Assembly (NCBI GenBank): GCA_964643065.1
Contig: CAZXPD010000005.1
Coordinates: forward strand, 8 to 64,007
Direction of reading: 5' to 3'
DNA length: 64,000 nucleotides
DNA from: an uncultured Gammaproteobacteria bacterium
GTDB taxonomy: Bacteria > Cyanobacteriota > Vampirovibrionia > Gastranaerophilales > CAZEDP01
The notes beneath the pieces were generated by a model. It saw only the letters and a program-made list of their open reading frames with translations, searched no databases and was not told the DNA's origin. Below are positions 50,244 through 60,521 of the stretch, one piece after another. The number at the start of each line of letters is the position of its first letter. Position 1 is the stretch's first letter. The translations under genes were made by a program, and so were the position numbers.

Positions 50244-51263
50244 TTAATTTAGTATTTCGTCAAATTTTTCTTCAGGTACATTATCGATATTATCAGTTTT
50301 CGGCAAAACATCGGGCATTGTACAGTATTTACAGGACGGATTTTCGTGTCTTCTTCTTTGAAGATGCATAAGCCTCATCTCCCTTAGTTTTTCACCTTGC
50401 CAAATTTCAGACAGGCTTTGTTCTTTGAGGTTACCGACTATTGTGGCATTGTTCCAGTCAACGCAGCATAAGACAACATCTCCGCCGGACTTAACCGCAA
50501 GCGTAAAAAACGGATACGGACAGACTTCTTTTTTGTCTATCACTGCAAAATTCCAATCATCGCAATTGTTTTCAAAAGAGTTTTTTGTAATTTTGTTCCC
50601 TTCATAACCGTTCCAGTTCGTAAGAGGTTCAACCGCAATTTCATCGGCAATATCCTTATAAGTATTTAGAAAAGCCTCTGTTTCAATGTTATTAAGAGAA
50701 TCTATTGTTTTTATGTACAAAAACGGCTCTTTTTTATTTAATTCATTGCGTATTTTTTTAAAATTTACGATGTTATTATAAATATCTTTCACATCAAAAT
50801 CAGTTCCGGTTATTTGGGAATTCATTCTCTGATTGACTGAATAAATAGATATGCGTAAATGAGTTAAACCTGAGTAAATCAGCTTTTTAGACATTTCTTC
50901 CGTTAAAAGGACGGCGTTAGTATAGATTTCAATTCTATCTGCAATATTTGACTGCGAAGCCAGCTCAATCATTTCGGGTAAATTCCTGTTCAATAAAGGT
51001 TCTCCCTCATCAAACAGACGCAAACACTTTAGTTTTCCCATTGATTTTATGTCGCTTACAATTTTTTTATATAAATCCATATCCATGTTGCCTTTATATC
51101 CGGCAAACTGTTCATATTGGGAAAATGATTGGACACAGTGATAACATTTAAAATTGCATAAATTTGTCGGTTCGATATTTATACTTAGCGGCATTTTTAA
51201 CGGAAGAATGTCGCTAAGCGGACTTCTGTAATCTGCCCTGTTTTCATAATAAACCTGTTTCAC
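50244..51263 (-). CDS. radical SAM protein with SPASM/twitch domain
   Basis: CNFKCYHC (CxxxCxxC), GEPLL, CPYPF...GDVVLCC...CKYC. Confidence 0.92.
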   Translation of the reverse strand: MKQVYYENRADYRSPLSDILPLKMPLSINIEPTNLCNFKCYHCVQSFSQYEQFAGYKGNMDMDLYKKIVSDIKSMGKLKCLRLFDEGEPLLNRNLPEMIELASQSNIADRIEIYTNAVLLTEEMSKKLIYSGLTHLRISIYSVNQRMNSQITGTDFDVKDIYNNIVNFKKIRNELNKKEPFLYIKTIDSLNNIETEAFLNTYKDIADEIAVEPLTNWNGYEGNKITKNSFENNCDDWNFAVIDKKEVCPYPFFTLAVKSGGDVVLCCVDWNNATIVGNLKEQSLSEIWQGEKLREMRLMHLQRRRHENPSCKYCTMPDVLPKTDNIDNVPEEKFDEILN

Positions 51264-51286
51264 CCTAAATCTTCTTTCCTTCTTTT

Positions 51287-52063
51287 CTATTTTTGAGAAA
51301 AATATTTAAGTATTTCTTTTAAATCTTTGAAAACTAAAAAATTATCGTCAGATTTTTCTTTGTATAAATTATCACGGGAAATTAAAAAAGAGGCGCATCC
51401 AAACTTTTTAGCCATTTCTATATCACTGGAATAGCTGTCGCCGATAACCAATATTTCTTTATTTTTTAAGCCTGTATCATTTGATAATAATTCAATCATC
51501 AAAGTATTCGGCTTACCTGCTATATAATCGGCTTTTTTGCCGCCGGCGGCTTCAAGCGCGGCAACCAGAGCGCCGCAGCCGGGCAGTGTTTTGCAATCTC
51601 TGCCGGGATAATTAACGTCATAGTTGCAGGCAATGATTTCAGCTCCGTTTAAAACAACTGACGCGGCTTTAGAAAGCTTTTCATAATTGAAATTCAAATC
51701 CAGACCTACTACAACAGCCTCAGCTTGTTCTTCTTCGGTTATATTAATTCCCTGAGAAGATATTTCTTCCCTTAAACCCTTTTCTCCGAGAACAAAAACA
51801 TTTTTATAACCGTTTTGCTTCAGATAAAGCGAAACGGTAAAAGCCGATGTGTATAATTCTTTTACAGAGAGCTCAAAACCAACCGATAAAAGTTTATCGA
51901 CAACTCCCTGCCGTGTTTTGCTGGAGTTATTGGTCAAATAAAAAACTTTTAAGTTCTTTTTTTTAAAAAAATCTGTTAATTCAATTGCTCCGTCTATCGG
52001 AGTGCTTCCGTAGCATAGTGTTCCGTCAATGTCCAGAGCAACCGCTTTTATATCATTAATCAT
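51287..52063 (-). CDS. HAD-IIA (NagD-like) phosphatase
   Basis: DIDGT, LTNNSSK, GKPN, IGDSYSSDI. Confidence 0.92.
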   Translation of the reverse strand: MINDIKAVALDIDGTLCYGSTPIDGAIELTDFFKKKNLKVFYLTNNSSKTRQGVVDKLLSVGFELSVKELYTSAFTVSLYLKQNGYKNVFVLGEKGLREEISSQGINITEEEQAEAVVVGLDLNFNYEKLSKAASVVLNGAEIIACNYDVNYPGRDCKTLPGCGALVAALEAAGGKKADYIAGKPNTLMIELLSNDTGLKNKEILVIGDSYSSDIEMAKKFGCASFLISRDNLYKEKSDDNFLVFKDLKEILKYFSQK

Positions 52064-52078
52064 AGCTGTTCTCTAAAA

Positions 52079-52894
52079 TTAAACGCAAACTCCGCCCGCT
52101 TCGGCAATCAATTTTTCATACCTTGCTTCCAGATACTGGATTCTGTATTGGTCTTCCATGTGTATCATTCCGTAGAAATTACGTTTATTTTTCAGCCACA
52201 TGAGCTCAAAACCGACTGCTTTCAGAATTCCTTTATCAGGATCTTTTTTAAGAGCTTGCGGGCATTTAAATATTACTTTTCTGGTTTCGTAACGGTCAGT
52301 GAGACCTTCCGGCAGTTTGTTTATAAACCTGACCGTTTCTGCGGAAACCCCGCCTCCGATTGCACACTCCAGAGATTTTTCTTTTGCTTTTTGAAATATA
52401 ACATTTGTTATATCAAAGATTTCATCACAGTTAATGTCTTCTCTTGTTAATCCCATTGACTGCGTCATATCAACTCTTCCCAACACTATACCGTCGAGAT
52501 ATTTAACTTCTTCAATTGAAAGAATTTCGTCAAGGTTTTTAAAAGCTGTTATAGTTTCAATATTGACGAGGAAATCAACCGTATCGTATTCTTCTTCGGT
52601 AAAAACCAGTTTTGTTGCAGAAATAAATTTTTTCAAAGCATAAGCTGTTTCTATCATCGGGGCAACAATTCTTGAAACGCCTATAACTCTTGCTTCATAC
52701 ATATCTTTAATTGCTTCACATCCGCCTATTTTAATGGTTAAATCTAAATCGGCTCTCGAAACGACTTCTTTAAGCCTAAGAGCTTCTTCCAGTCTGGTTC
52801 CTTCAGCTTCAAATTCTGCTTTAACCCCTATAACTTCATGATTTTCCTTTAAGTCAATAAGCGTATCGACCATTCTTTGTTCGAGATTATTCAC
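52079..52894 (-). CDS. HpcH/HpaI aldolase / citrate lyase-family protein
   Basis: GVKAEFEAEG, IKIGGCEA, VAPMIET, VNIET, LGRVDM. Confidence 0.8.
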   Translation of the reverse strand: MNNLEQRMVDTLIDLKENHEVIGVKAEFEAEGTRLEEALRLKEVVSRADLDLTIKIGGCEAIKDMYEARVIGVSRIVAPMIETAYALKKFISATKLVFTEEEYDTVDFLVNIETITAFKNLDEILSIEEVKYLDGIVLGRVDMTQSMGLTREDINCDEIFDITNVIFQKAKEKSLECAIGGGVSAETVRFINKLPEGLTDRYETRKVIFKCPQALKKDPDKGILKAVGFELMWLKNKRNFYGMIHMEDQYRIQYLEARYEKLIAEAGGVCV

Positions 52895-53030
52895 AAATTA
52901 TCTCCTTGATTCAGCCTGTAAGTTATTAAAATAATTATAATCTGACAATTTTTTTTTTAATACAAAAAGCAAAAAATAAGCTGCCAGTTCAAAGATTTGT
53001 AACAAAATTTATAAAAACTAAATTAAAGAA

Positions 53031-53232
53031 GGAGGATACGGAAAAAGTCTGTTTTTTTGGAAACATCGGCTTTTTTCGTATCCGACCTTGGAAAGGTTTG
53101 CATAACTCATTCATGTGAGAGGCAATGGCGACGGCGAGGAGCCGTCGGTTTTGCCTCGACACTAGATCATGCAAGATGCGAGAAAAATGTAATTTTTCCG
53201 CATCTTCAAGCGGGTTTATAGCCCGCTTCTTT
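53031..53232 (+). ncRNA. unannotated structured RNA, ~200 nt (6S RNA-like candidate)
   Basis: About 46% GC (hand count) in an AT-rich intergenic gap, with five stem-loops and an alternative 176-nt rod. Upstream TTGTAA-N16-TAAATT, and a terminator-like hairpin AAGCGGG/CCCGCTT + CTTT. Confidence 0.6.
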
Positions 53233-53254
53233 AAAATCGCCTGTAAATGCCTAT

Positions 53255-54598
53255 TTAAGGGACAACATTTCCTGTTGATAAATCAACGGAGAGAGGATTT
53301 TGCAGTTTAATAAAGAGAGGTTCGCCGCTTGGCAAAATAATTGCTCCCCCTTGCTGTAATATTGCGCCCAGTGCACCGAGTCCTCCGCCGATAGCTGTCC
53401 CGTATATAGCGCCTTTGCCGGTTTTTCCGGTAATTGCACCGAGAGCTGTTCCTAATACGGCACCGGCACCTGCTCCGCCGGCAGTTTTAAGCAGTCCTCT
53501 TCCGAGAGTAGATTTCATTGAACCGGCTTGAATCATACCTGTTTCAGTTGCAACACTTGCCTGAAGCGGGAATGTTTGTCCGTTTGTCAGCTGAAGAGTG
53601 TTAAAAGTAATATTCATGCTGGCGTTTCTGTTTGCGTATTTAGCGGGTTCAACTAACGAAATTGTTCCGATTATTTTGCTGCCCGCGGGAATTAAAACAG
53701 TACCCTGACTCGTGCTGACGTTTTCGGATACTCTTACTATTACGGTATCGCCGACTTTTGCTAATTCACTGCTTATAGGGGTTTCAAGAATTGTCGGGAT
53801 AACACTGTTTTCCTGAATAGTTGCAATGTTGCCTTTCAGCACAACTTGATTAACTCCTCCTGTTGCAAGACTTTCCGTAACCTGCTGAACGTTAACCGGC
53901 TGCTGCTGATAACTTTGACTTTGTGAAGGCTGCATTGCTTGCTGTTGAGGCATGTATCCTATACCTAAATTGTTTCTTAAATTAAAAAGCATTTCGGCAA
54001 CTTCTGCTCTTGTTGCTCTTTTTTGAGGAGAAAGAAAATTTGGCTGGGGATAATTAACCGCAATATTTGCTCTTACTGCCTTTGCAACCGGGACTTTTGC
54101 CCATGAAGGAACTTTATACCCGTCATAGAAGCTTTTCAGTATCTCATCGGCTTGCGCATTAGTCATATAATCATTAGTCAAAGCAGATGAAAGAATTGCC
54201 AGAACTTCGGCTTTTGTAATATAGGCATTGGGACGGAAAGAACCGTCGGGAAAACCTTTTATTAAGCCGGCAGAATATGCTCTTTGAATATTATCGTAGC
54301 CCCAGAAATAATTTGACACATCATTAAAATCATACATGTTGGAAGGCGCAACATTATCTCTGCCAAGTGCTTTTACAATCATTGTTGCAAATTCCGCTCT
54401 GGTTACGGGATTATTAGGTTTAAAGGTCATATCCTGATAGCCTGTTAGAATATTTTGTTCCGATAATGCCTGAATAGAATTATAAGCCCAATATCCCGAA
54501 TTTAAGTCACTGAAATTTTGAGCATTTACCGAATTAAATACGCTAAAAGCGATGCCTGCAGAAACTAAATAACACACCAAATTCTTTTTGGTTAACAT
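53255..54598 (-). CDS. S-layer homology (SLH) domain protein with C-terminal TrbI/VirB10-like beta domain and glycine zipper
   Basis: Signal peptide, three SLH repeats (FKPNNPVTRAEF, FRPNAYITKAE, ATRAEVA), IPAGSKIIG, GAGAVLGTALGAI. Confidence 0.88.
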   Translation of the reverse strand: MLTKKNLVCYLVSAGIAFSVFNSVNAQNFSDLNSGYWAYNSIQALSEQNILTGYQDMTFKPNNPVTRAEFATMIVKALGRDNVAPSNMYDFNDVSNYFWGYDNIQRAYSAGLIKGFPDGSFRPNAYITKAEVLAILSSALTNDYMTNAQADEILKSFYDGYKVPSWAKVPVAKAVRANIAVNYPQPNFLSPQKRATRAEVAEMLFNLRNNLGIGYMPQQQAMQPSQSQSYQQQPVNVQQVTESLATGGVNQVVLKGNIATIQENSVIPTILETPISSELAKVGDTVIVRVSENVSTSQGTVLIPAGSKIIGTISLVEPAKYANRNASMNITFNTLQLTNGQTFPLQASVATETGMIQAGSMKSTLGRGLLKTAGGAGAGAVLGTALGAITGKTGKGAIYGTAIGGGLGALGAILQQGGAIILPSGEPLFIKLQNPLSVDLSTGNVVP

Positions 54599-54763
54599 TA
54601 TGAACCTCCTTTCAGTAAAACACTGTTTGTCAGGCAGTGCATTTTATTTGCGAACAATAAAACCTTATCATAATTACAAAATTTTCCAATTAGTCAATAC
54701 AGCAGATGTTGATGCATATAGAAGCATAAGATAAGATAATTTTATAAAAAGGATGAAATCCTG

Positions 54764-55300
54764 ATGAATTTTTTAAAAACATTTTTTTTGATTATTTCGG
54801 TTTTGTTCTTGTGCGGTTCGGGTTATGTGGGCGATTTACCCGAACTGGGAAAGGTTTCAAGGAACATTGATCCTAAACGTCCTGAAAAAACTTTGCCGGT
54901 TGAACCTTTGGCTCCGAAAAATTATACGGAATTTAAAAAACCGGTTAAGAGCAAAGGAAATTATTCGGAATATATTGCGAAAACAAAAGACTATTTGCTG
55001 TCGTTAAAAAATGTCAGGGATTTTCTGGAAAATGAGGAAAACCCCAATTCCCAGCTTCTCAGTGCAAAAGCTGGCATCAGCCGTCTTTATCTGAATAGTC
55101 TTGTGGAAAGATATAAAGGTAAGCCGGAACTAAATTATAAGTCTTTTAAAAAAATTACGACTGTAAATGCAGATATGCAAGGCTTATTGCATTTAATAAA
55201 AATGCAGAATACTGACAAAAATCTGATAATACAAAAGAAAAAAGCACTGATTAAATCCATTGATGAAATTATCGAAGATTTTAAAAGCAGTGAAATTTAA
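54764..55300 (+). CDS. hypothetical exported protein
   Basis: Signal-peptide-like N-terminus MNFLKTFFLIISVLFLCG, helical body. Confidence 0.7.
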   Translation: MNFLKTFFLIISVLFLCGSGYVGDLPELGKVSRNIDPKRPEKTLPVEPLAPKNYTEFKKPVKSKGNYSEYIAKTKDYLLSLKNVRDFLENEENPNSQLLSAKAGISRLYLNSLVERYKGKPELNYKSFKKITTVNADMQGLLHLIKMQNTDKNLIIQKKKALIKSIDEIIEDFKSSEI

Positions 55301-55752
55301 ACCGGAACTGCCTCGGAAAGTTTAGAACGTAAATCTTCAACGCAGACGTGTATAATTTTGGAATTAGCATCCCTCTTTAAATATACATCAGTAATACCTG
55401 CCTGGACGATGAACCTTTCACAGAGAATGCAAATAAAATCATGCCCGTATACGTACAATACAGAACCTCTGCATTTTTCTTCACCGGCTTGTATAATGGC
55501 ATTTTGCTCCGCATGGATGCTTCTGCAAGTTTCGTATTGAGTGCCTGATTCAATGTTATTTTCTATTCTGTAACAAAATCCCTTCTCTTTACAGGATAAA
55601 ACCTTTGTCGGTACGCCGTTATATCCCGAAGCCTTAATTTTTTTAGCTTTATCCACCACAATGGCGCCGACTTGTTTTCTGATACAGTTCGACCGCAAAG
55701 AAACCGTTTTTGCTATTTCTAAAAAATAATCTGTCCAGTCAATTACAGTCAT
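55297..55752 (-). CDS. dCMP deaminase (ComEB-like)
   Basis: RSNCIRKQVGA, SGYNG, HAEQNA, CILC. Confidence 0.9.
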   Translation of the reverse strand: MTVIDWTDYFLEIAKTVSLRSNCIRKQVGAIVVDKAKKIKASGYNGVPTKVLSCKEKGFCYRIENNIESGTQYETCRSIHAEQNAIIQAGEEKCRGSVLYVYGHDFICILCERFIVQAGITDVYLKRDANSKIIHVCVEDLRSKLSEAVPV

Positions 55753-55756
55753 AATT

Positions 55757-56914
55757 TTATTTCTTTTCCGCTTTACCGCCTATTTCTATAACGGGAGCAT
55801 TTGATGCTGAAGAAGTCGGCGGTTGGGGTGTAACTTTCGCTTCTTGTTCTATCTTGTCAGGGTCGTAACTTGAATCAATATAGACAATTTTTGCAGATTT
55901 TTTTGAGCTTTCAATAATCTTTTGAAGAAGTTCCATTTTTTGTGTGTCAACCAGGTACTTGCTTATGTCGCTTTTTACTTCTTGAAAAGGCATGATACCC
56001 GAGGTTTTGCGGTCAGAAACTTTGATAATGTGAAAACCGTAATAAGTTGTAACTAAATCGCTTATTTTTCCGGGTGTTAATGAAAAAGCAACTTTTGAAA
56101 ATTCGGGAACCATGTCATTTTTGGAGAAAAATCCTAAATCCCCTCCTTTGGCAGCGCTTGAAGGATCATCGGAATATTTTTTGGCAAATTCCTCGAATTT
56201 TGAGGGATTTGCTTTAATCTGCTTCAAAATGCCTGAAGCTTTTTCTTTGGCTTTATTAATTTCTTGCATTGCTCTTTTTTCTTTTTGAGGATTGGAAAGC
56301 TTTTCGGATTTTAACTTTTCTTTAATATCGTCGAGATTTGCACCTATCAAAATATGAGAAGCTCTAATCTGTTCGGGATATGTAAATTGGGCTTTTTTAT
56401 TTTTATTATAAAAAGCCATAAGTTCTTTATCAGAAGGTTTAATATTGAGTGCAAGAGTGTCAAGAAGCTTCTTGGTAAGCAAATCAAGCTTGAGACTGTC
56501 AATAAATTCAGCTTTAGTTAAGCCATGGATTACAAGAGTAGCTTCCATTTTTGCTTTTCCGCCCATCTTGTCGATAATCTCATTGTAAGTTTTGTCAATT
56601 TCTGCTTTGCTGACTATAATATTTCTTTTTTCAGCTTCCTGCTTGATTAATTCCCTGATAATGAGCTCTCTTACGGTTCGGTCTTTAAACATAAGATATA
56701 CAAATTTATTTTCGGGACTTTTAATATTAAGATCGTTGGATGCCATAGGAGAACTTTTATAAACCATATCAAACATTTTATCAAACGATCTTTGGGTGAT
56801 TGTTCCGTTATTTATTTTTATCAAAGGCTTGGAATTATCTGCCTGATTCGGTTTGCCGCAGCCTGTCAGTATCAACAGTGATAAAGCAGCTATAGAAAGT
56901 GCAAGTTTTTTCAT
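55757..56914 (-). CDS. PrsA-like PpiC foldase lipoprotein
   Basis: Lipobox LTGC, IRASHILI, FEEFAKKYSDD, KGGDLGFF, YYGFHIIKV. Confidence 0.9.
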   Translation of the reverse strand: MKKLALSIAALSLLILTGCGKPNQADNSKPLIKINNGTITQRSFDKMFDMVYKSSPMASNDLNIKSPENKFVYLMFKDRTVRELIIRELIKQEAEKRNIIVSKAEIDKTYNEIIDKMGGKAKMEATLVIHGLTKAEFIDSLKLDLLTKKLLDTLALNIKPSDKELMAFYNKNKKAQFTYPEQIRASHILIGANLDDIKEKLKSEKLSNPQKEKRAMQEINKAKEKASGILKQIKANPSKFEEFAKKYSDDPSSAAKGGDLGFFSKNDMVPEFSKVAFSLTPGKISDLVTTYYGFHIIKVSDRKTSGIMPFQEVKSDISKYLVDTQKMELLQKIIESSKKSAKIVYIDSSYDPDKIEQEAKVTPQPPTSSASNAPVIEIGGKAEKK

Positions 56915-56928
56915 ATTTATCTCCTCAT

Positions 56929-59900
56929 TTAAGCTTTGTTAAATAATTTTGTCACACTAAGAAACAAATCTTCCAGTATATTTAACTTTTCATCTCCCGA
57001 AAATCCGATGCAGTTCAAATTTATTATAAGACTCCCGTTTTGGGAAGAAACCGGTGCGTTTGTCGCAGTCAGCCTTTTGATTAATTTTTCGGGGAATTTT
57101 GACTTAATTTCTCTCCACTCAAATATATCATAATCGGAAAAAATTCGTATATTATCTTCAATTTCTCTTATCAGGTTTACTTTTGCATCCAGTGCAAGCT
57201 GTCTTATTTTTACAACCTGAATCAGCCTCAAAACTTCCGGCGGAATTTTGCCGAACCGATCAGCCCATTCATCCTGTATTGCCTCAAGTTCTCTCAGGCT
57301 CATCACGTCGGCAAGACGTTTATATTCAATCATTTTTTGTTCTTTATTCTCAATCCAGCCGTCGGGAATATATGCAGTAATGTTTATATCAACAACGGGA
57401 GGCTCTTTTCGAGCAGTTTTTTGACCGCGCAGTTCATTAACGCTTTCTTCAAGCAAATTACAGTATAAATCAAACCCAACGGCCGCCATGTTTCCGTGCT
57501 GTTGAGCGCCTAAAATATTACCCACACCGCGAATTTCCAAATCCCTTAATGCTATTTGATATCCGCTGCCAAGTGAACTGAAATCCCTTACGGCTTCCAG
57601 CCTTTTTTGAGCTTCCGGCGATAATGTCAGGTCGGGTTTGTAAAAACAATACGCATAAGCCTGAACATCGCTTCTGCCCACTCTGCCTCTTAACTGATAA
57701 AGCTGTGCCAGCCCCATTTTGTCCGATGAGTCAATAATTATAGTATTTACATTCGGAATATCAAGCCCTGATTCGATTATAGTAGTGCAGACAAGTATGT
57801 CATATACTTTTTCGGAGAATTCCTCCATAATTCTTTCCAGCTCTTTTTCGTTAAGCTGACCGTGAGCCACGGCTATTTTTGCGTCAGGCAAAAGCCCCTG
57901 AAGCTCCTTTGCTTTAGAATATATTGACTGAACACGATTATGGACAAAATAAACCTGCCCTTCCCTTTCCAGCTCGTGATTTATTGCGGTTTTAATCAGA
58001 GAATCATTATAATGTCCGAGATATGTTTTTACCGGCGAACGGTTAACGGGCGGTGTGTTTATCAGGCTTAAATCCCTTGTACCGGACAAAGCCATATATA
58101 AAGTACGCGGAATTGGAGTTGCAGACATCGCAATAACATCAACTTCCGCCCTTAAATGTTTCATTTTTTCTTTATGAGCTACTCCGAAACGATGTTCTTC
58201 ATCTATTACAACCAATCCGAGATTTTTAAACTCGATATCCTTCGATAAAAGTCTGTGAGTTCCAATTACGCAATCGCATTCTCCTGTTAAGAGTCTTTTA
58301 ACGGTTCCTTTCTGCTCTTTAGAGCTTTTAAATCTCGACAGCAGCTCAACTTTAACCGGATATGCGTTAAATCTGCCGGTGAAAGTCAAAAAGTGCTGAT
58401 GCGCAAGAATTGTAGTCGGTGCAAGAACGGCAACCTGCTTTCCCGATAAAATTGCTTTAAAAACAGCCCTTAAAGCAACTTCGGTTTTGCCGAAACCCAC
58501 ATCCCCGCATATCAGCCTGTCCATTGGTTTATCCGATTCCATGTCGTTTTTAACATCATTTATGGCATTTAACTGGTCAGGAGTTTCGGTATAAGGAAAT
58601 GTTTCTTCCATTTCTATTTGCCACGGGGCATCCGGCTCGAAAGAAAACCCTTTTGATTTTGCCCGTTTGGCGTACAAGTTTAATAAATCCTGTGCAATAC
58701 TGCTTATAGATTTTTTTACCTTGCGTTTAACTCCTTCCCATTCAGTGCCGCCCATTTTTGACAATTTAGGTGCAGTTCCGGCTCCTCTGTACCTTGACAG
58801 AAAATTTATCTGTTCAGCGGGAATGTAGAGTTTGTCATTTCCTGCATATTCAATAGATAGGTAGTCTTTTTGCTCTTCTCCGACTGATTGTTTGCTCATG
58901 CCGATGAATTTTCCTATGCCGTGCCGTGCGTGAACGACAAAATCCCCTTCATTTATGTCGTTTATGGAAGTTAAAAAGTCTATATTCTCTTTCTTGGAGG
59001 TCATTTTTGAAATAGTGGGCTTTTTAACCTTCCTTTCATAAAGCTCTCCGTCCGTAATAATGCAAAGATTTGCATCAGGAAGAACAAATCCGCTTTGAAG
59101 TGGTTTTTTTATCAAAATAACTCCGGCTGAAATGTCTAAATCCTCTGTAATATCTTCCGAAAAAGCAACGGGACACTCTTTGTTTTTGAGCGTTTCTTGA
59201 ATTTGAATCGGGTACTGCGTAAAAATAAATATACTTTTCCCCGATGCTCTTTCCCGAATAATATAATCAACAGTTTTATCAAGGTTTGACATAAATTTTG
59301 GAACATAATCGCACTGTATATCTTCATAAATACAGCCTTCTTCTCCTATGAAACTGTCAAGATTCAGCTGATTATAACCTTTTAAATTTGCTGAAATTTC
59401 ATCTTCTCTAAAATGCAAAAGTTCCGGCAATATTAATGCAAGACCTTTTTCGGTATTTTCCTCATATTCTTTGCGGTATTTTTCATCGCAAACAAAGATT
59501 TTTTGACGGATTTCGTGAGACTCATGGTTTATAATCAACGCCTCTTCAGGAAAATAATCAAATACGGTTCCGCTTTTTGAAGATAAAAGGGGAGCAAAAT
59601 ATTCTATTCCCTCAAAATACCCGTCTTTTTCAATGTTTTCAAGAATATTTTCATATGTGATGTTCAAAGCGTCTGCAAAAGCTTTATTTATGGATTTTTC
59701 CTGTTTTTCTTTCAGTCCCTGCAATTTTTTCAGCAGAGTTTCTTTTTTATCTTCCGTGTAGATGACCTTATAGAGAGGTTCAATTGAAACTTCATTGACG
59801 TTGCCTATTGAACGCTGATTATCAATGCTGAAATTTCTTATATTTTCTATTTCATCGGCAAAAAAGACAATTCTTACGGGCTTTGCAGAAATCGGATAAA

Positions 59901-60492
59901 CATCAAGAATATCGCCTTTTTTGCTGAATTCTCCGGGATCCGCAACGGTGCTTGCTCTTTTATAGCCGATTTTGACGAGCTTCTCTACGGTTTCGTCTAT
60001 GTCATATTTACCTTTGACCGACAGCTTTACGGTGTTTTCTTCCTGTTCTTCCCGAGAAAGCAGCTTTGTACTCAGAGCTTTAGCGTTAACCACGAGGGCT
60101 TTAATTTTTCCGTCTCTGAATTCCTCAAGTATTTTTAACTGTTCCCCGAGAACAAAAACATCCGAAAACATTGCTTCGTAGGGTGATATTTCCTGCGAAG
60201 GAAGAAACTTAACACGGCTTGAGCTTAGTATATTAAGAGCCGACATATATTTTAAAGCTGTTGAAATATCAGGCGTTATGATGACAACGGGTTTTTTTAT
60301 ACTGCCGATAAGAAAAGAAGCCAAAAACTCTTTTGAAGGAGTATTTAATCCCGAAACCGAAAGATTTTTGTATTTGCCGATTTTTCTTAATAAGTCAAGA
60401 AATCGTGCCGATGAAGATATTATTTTATTAAAAATATCAGATATATTTTGATTTGCCACGGCAGAAAAAACCTTGAAAATTAATGCTTCCAA
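56929..60492 (-). CDS. mfd: transcription-repair coupling factor
   Basis: VVHARHGIG (CarD-like RID), CGDVGFGKT, DEEHRFG, QLRGRVGRS, DLEIRGVGNILG. Confidence 0.98.
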   Translation of the reverse strand: MEALIFKVFSAVANQNISDIFNKIISSSARFLDLLRKIGKYKNLSVSGLNTPSKEFLASFLIGSIKKPVVIITPDISTALKYMSALNILSSSRVKFLPSQEISPYEAMFSDVFVLGEQLKILEEFRDGKIKALVVNAKALSTKLLSREEQEENTVKLSVKGKYDIDETVEKLVKIGYKRASTVADPGEFSKKGDILDVYPISAKPVRIVFFADEIENIRNFSIDNQRSIGNVNEVSIEPLYKVIYTEDKKETLLKKLQGLKEKQEKSINKAFADALNITYENILENIEKDGYFEGIEYFAPLLSSKSGTVFDYFPEEALIINHESHEIRQKIFVCDEKYRKEYEENTEKGLALILPELLHFREDEISANLKGYNQLNLDSFIGEEGCIYEDIQCDYVPKFMSNLDKTVDYIIRERASGKSIFIFTQYPIQIQETLKNKECPVAFSEDITEDLDISAGVILIKKPLQSGFVLPDANLCIITDGELYERKVKKPTISKMTSKKENIDFLTSINDINEGDFVVHARHGIGKFIGMSKQSVGEEQKDYLSIEYAGNDKLYIPAEQINFLSRYRGAGTAPKLSKMGGTEWEGVKRKVKKSISSIAQDLLNLYAKRAKSKGFSFEPDAPWQIEMEETFPYTETPDQLNAINDVKNDMESDKPMDRLICGDVGFGKTEVALRAVFKAILSGKQVAVLAPTTILAHQHFLTFTGRFNAYPVKVELLSRFKSSKEQKGTVKRLLTGECDCVIGTHRLLSKDIEFKNLGLVVIDEEHRFGVAHKEKMKHLRAEVDVIAMSATPIPRTLYMALSGTRDLSLINTPPVNRSPVKTYLGHYNDSLIKTAINHELEREGQVYFVHNRVQSIYSKAKELQGLLPDAKIAVAHGQLNEKELERIMEEFSEKVYDILVCTTIIESGLDIPNVNTIIIDSSDKMGLAQLYQLRGRVGRSDVQAYAYCFYKPDLTLSPEAQKRLEAVRDFSSLGSGYQIALRDLEIRGVGNILGAQQHGNMAAVGFDLYCNLLEESVNELRGQKTARKEPPVVDINITAYIPDGWIENKEQKMIEYKRLADVMSLRELEAIQDEWADRFGKIPPEVLRLIQVVKIRQLALDAKVNLIREIEDNIRIFSDYDIFEWREIKSKFPEKLIKRLTATNAPVSSQNGSLIINLNCIGFSGDEKLNILEDLFLSVTKLFNKA

Positions 60493-60521
60493 TAAATCGT
60501 AGCACGTTCACAGATTAATTT

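Noticed and set aside
53031-53232. TPP, Moco, c-di-GMP or T-box riboswitch for the downstream ThDP operon
   Set aside because: The core consensus elements are missing on the minus strand, and promoter/terminator polarity favours a plus-strand stand-alone RNA.
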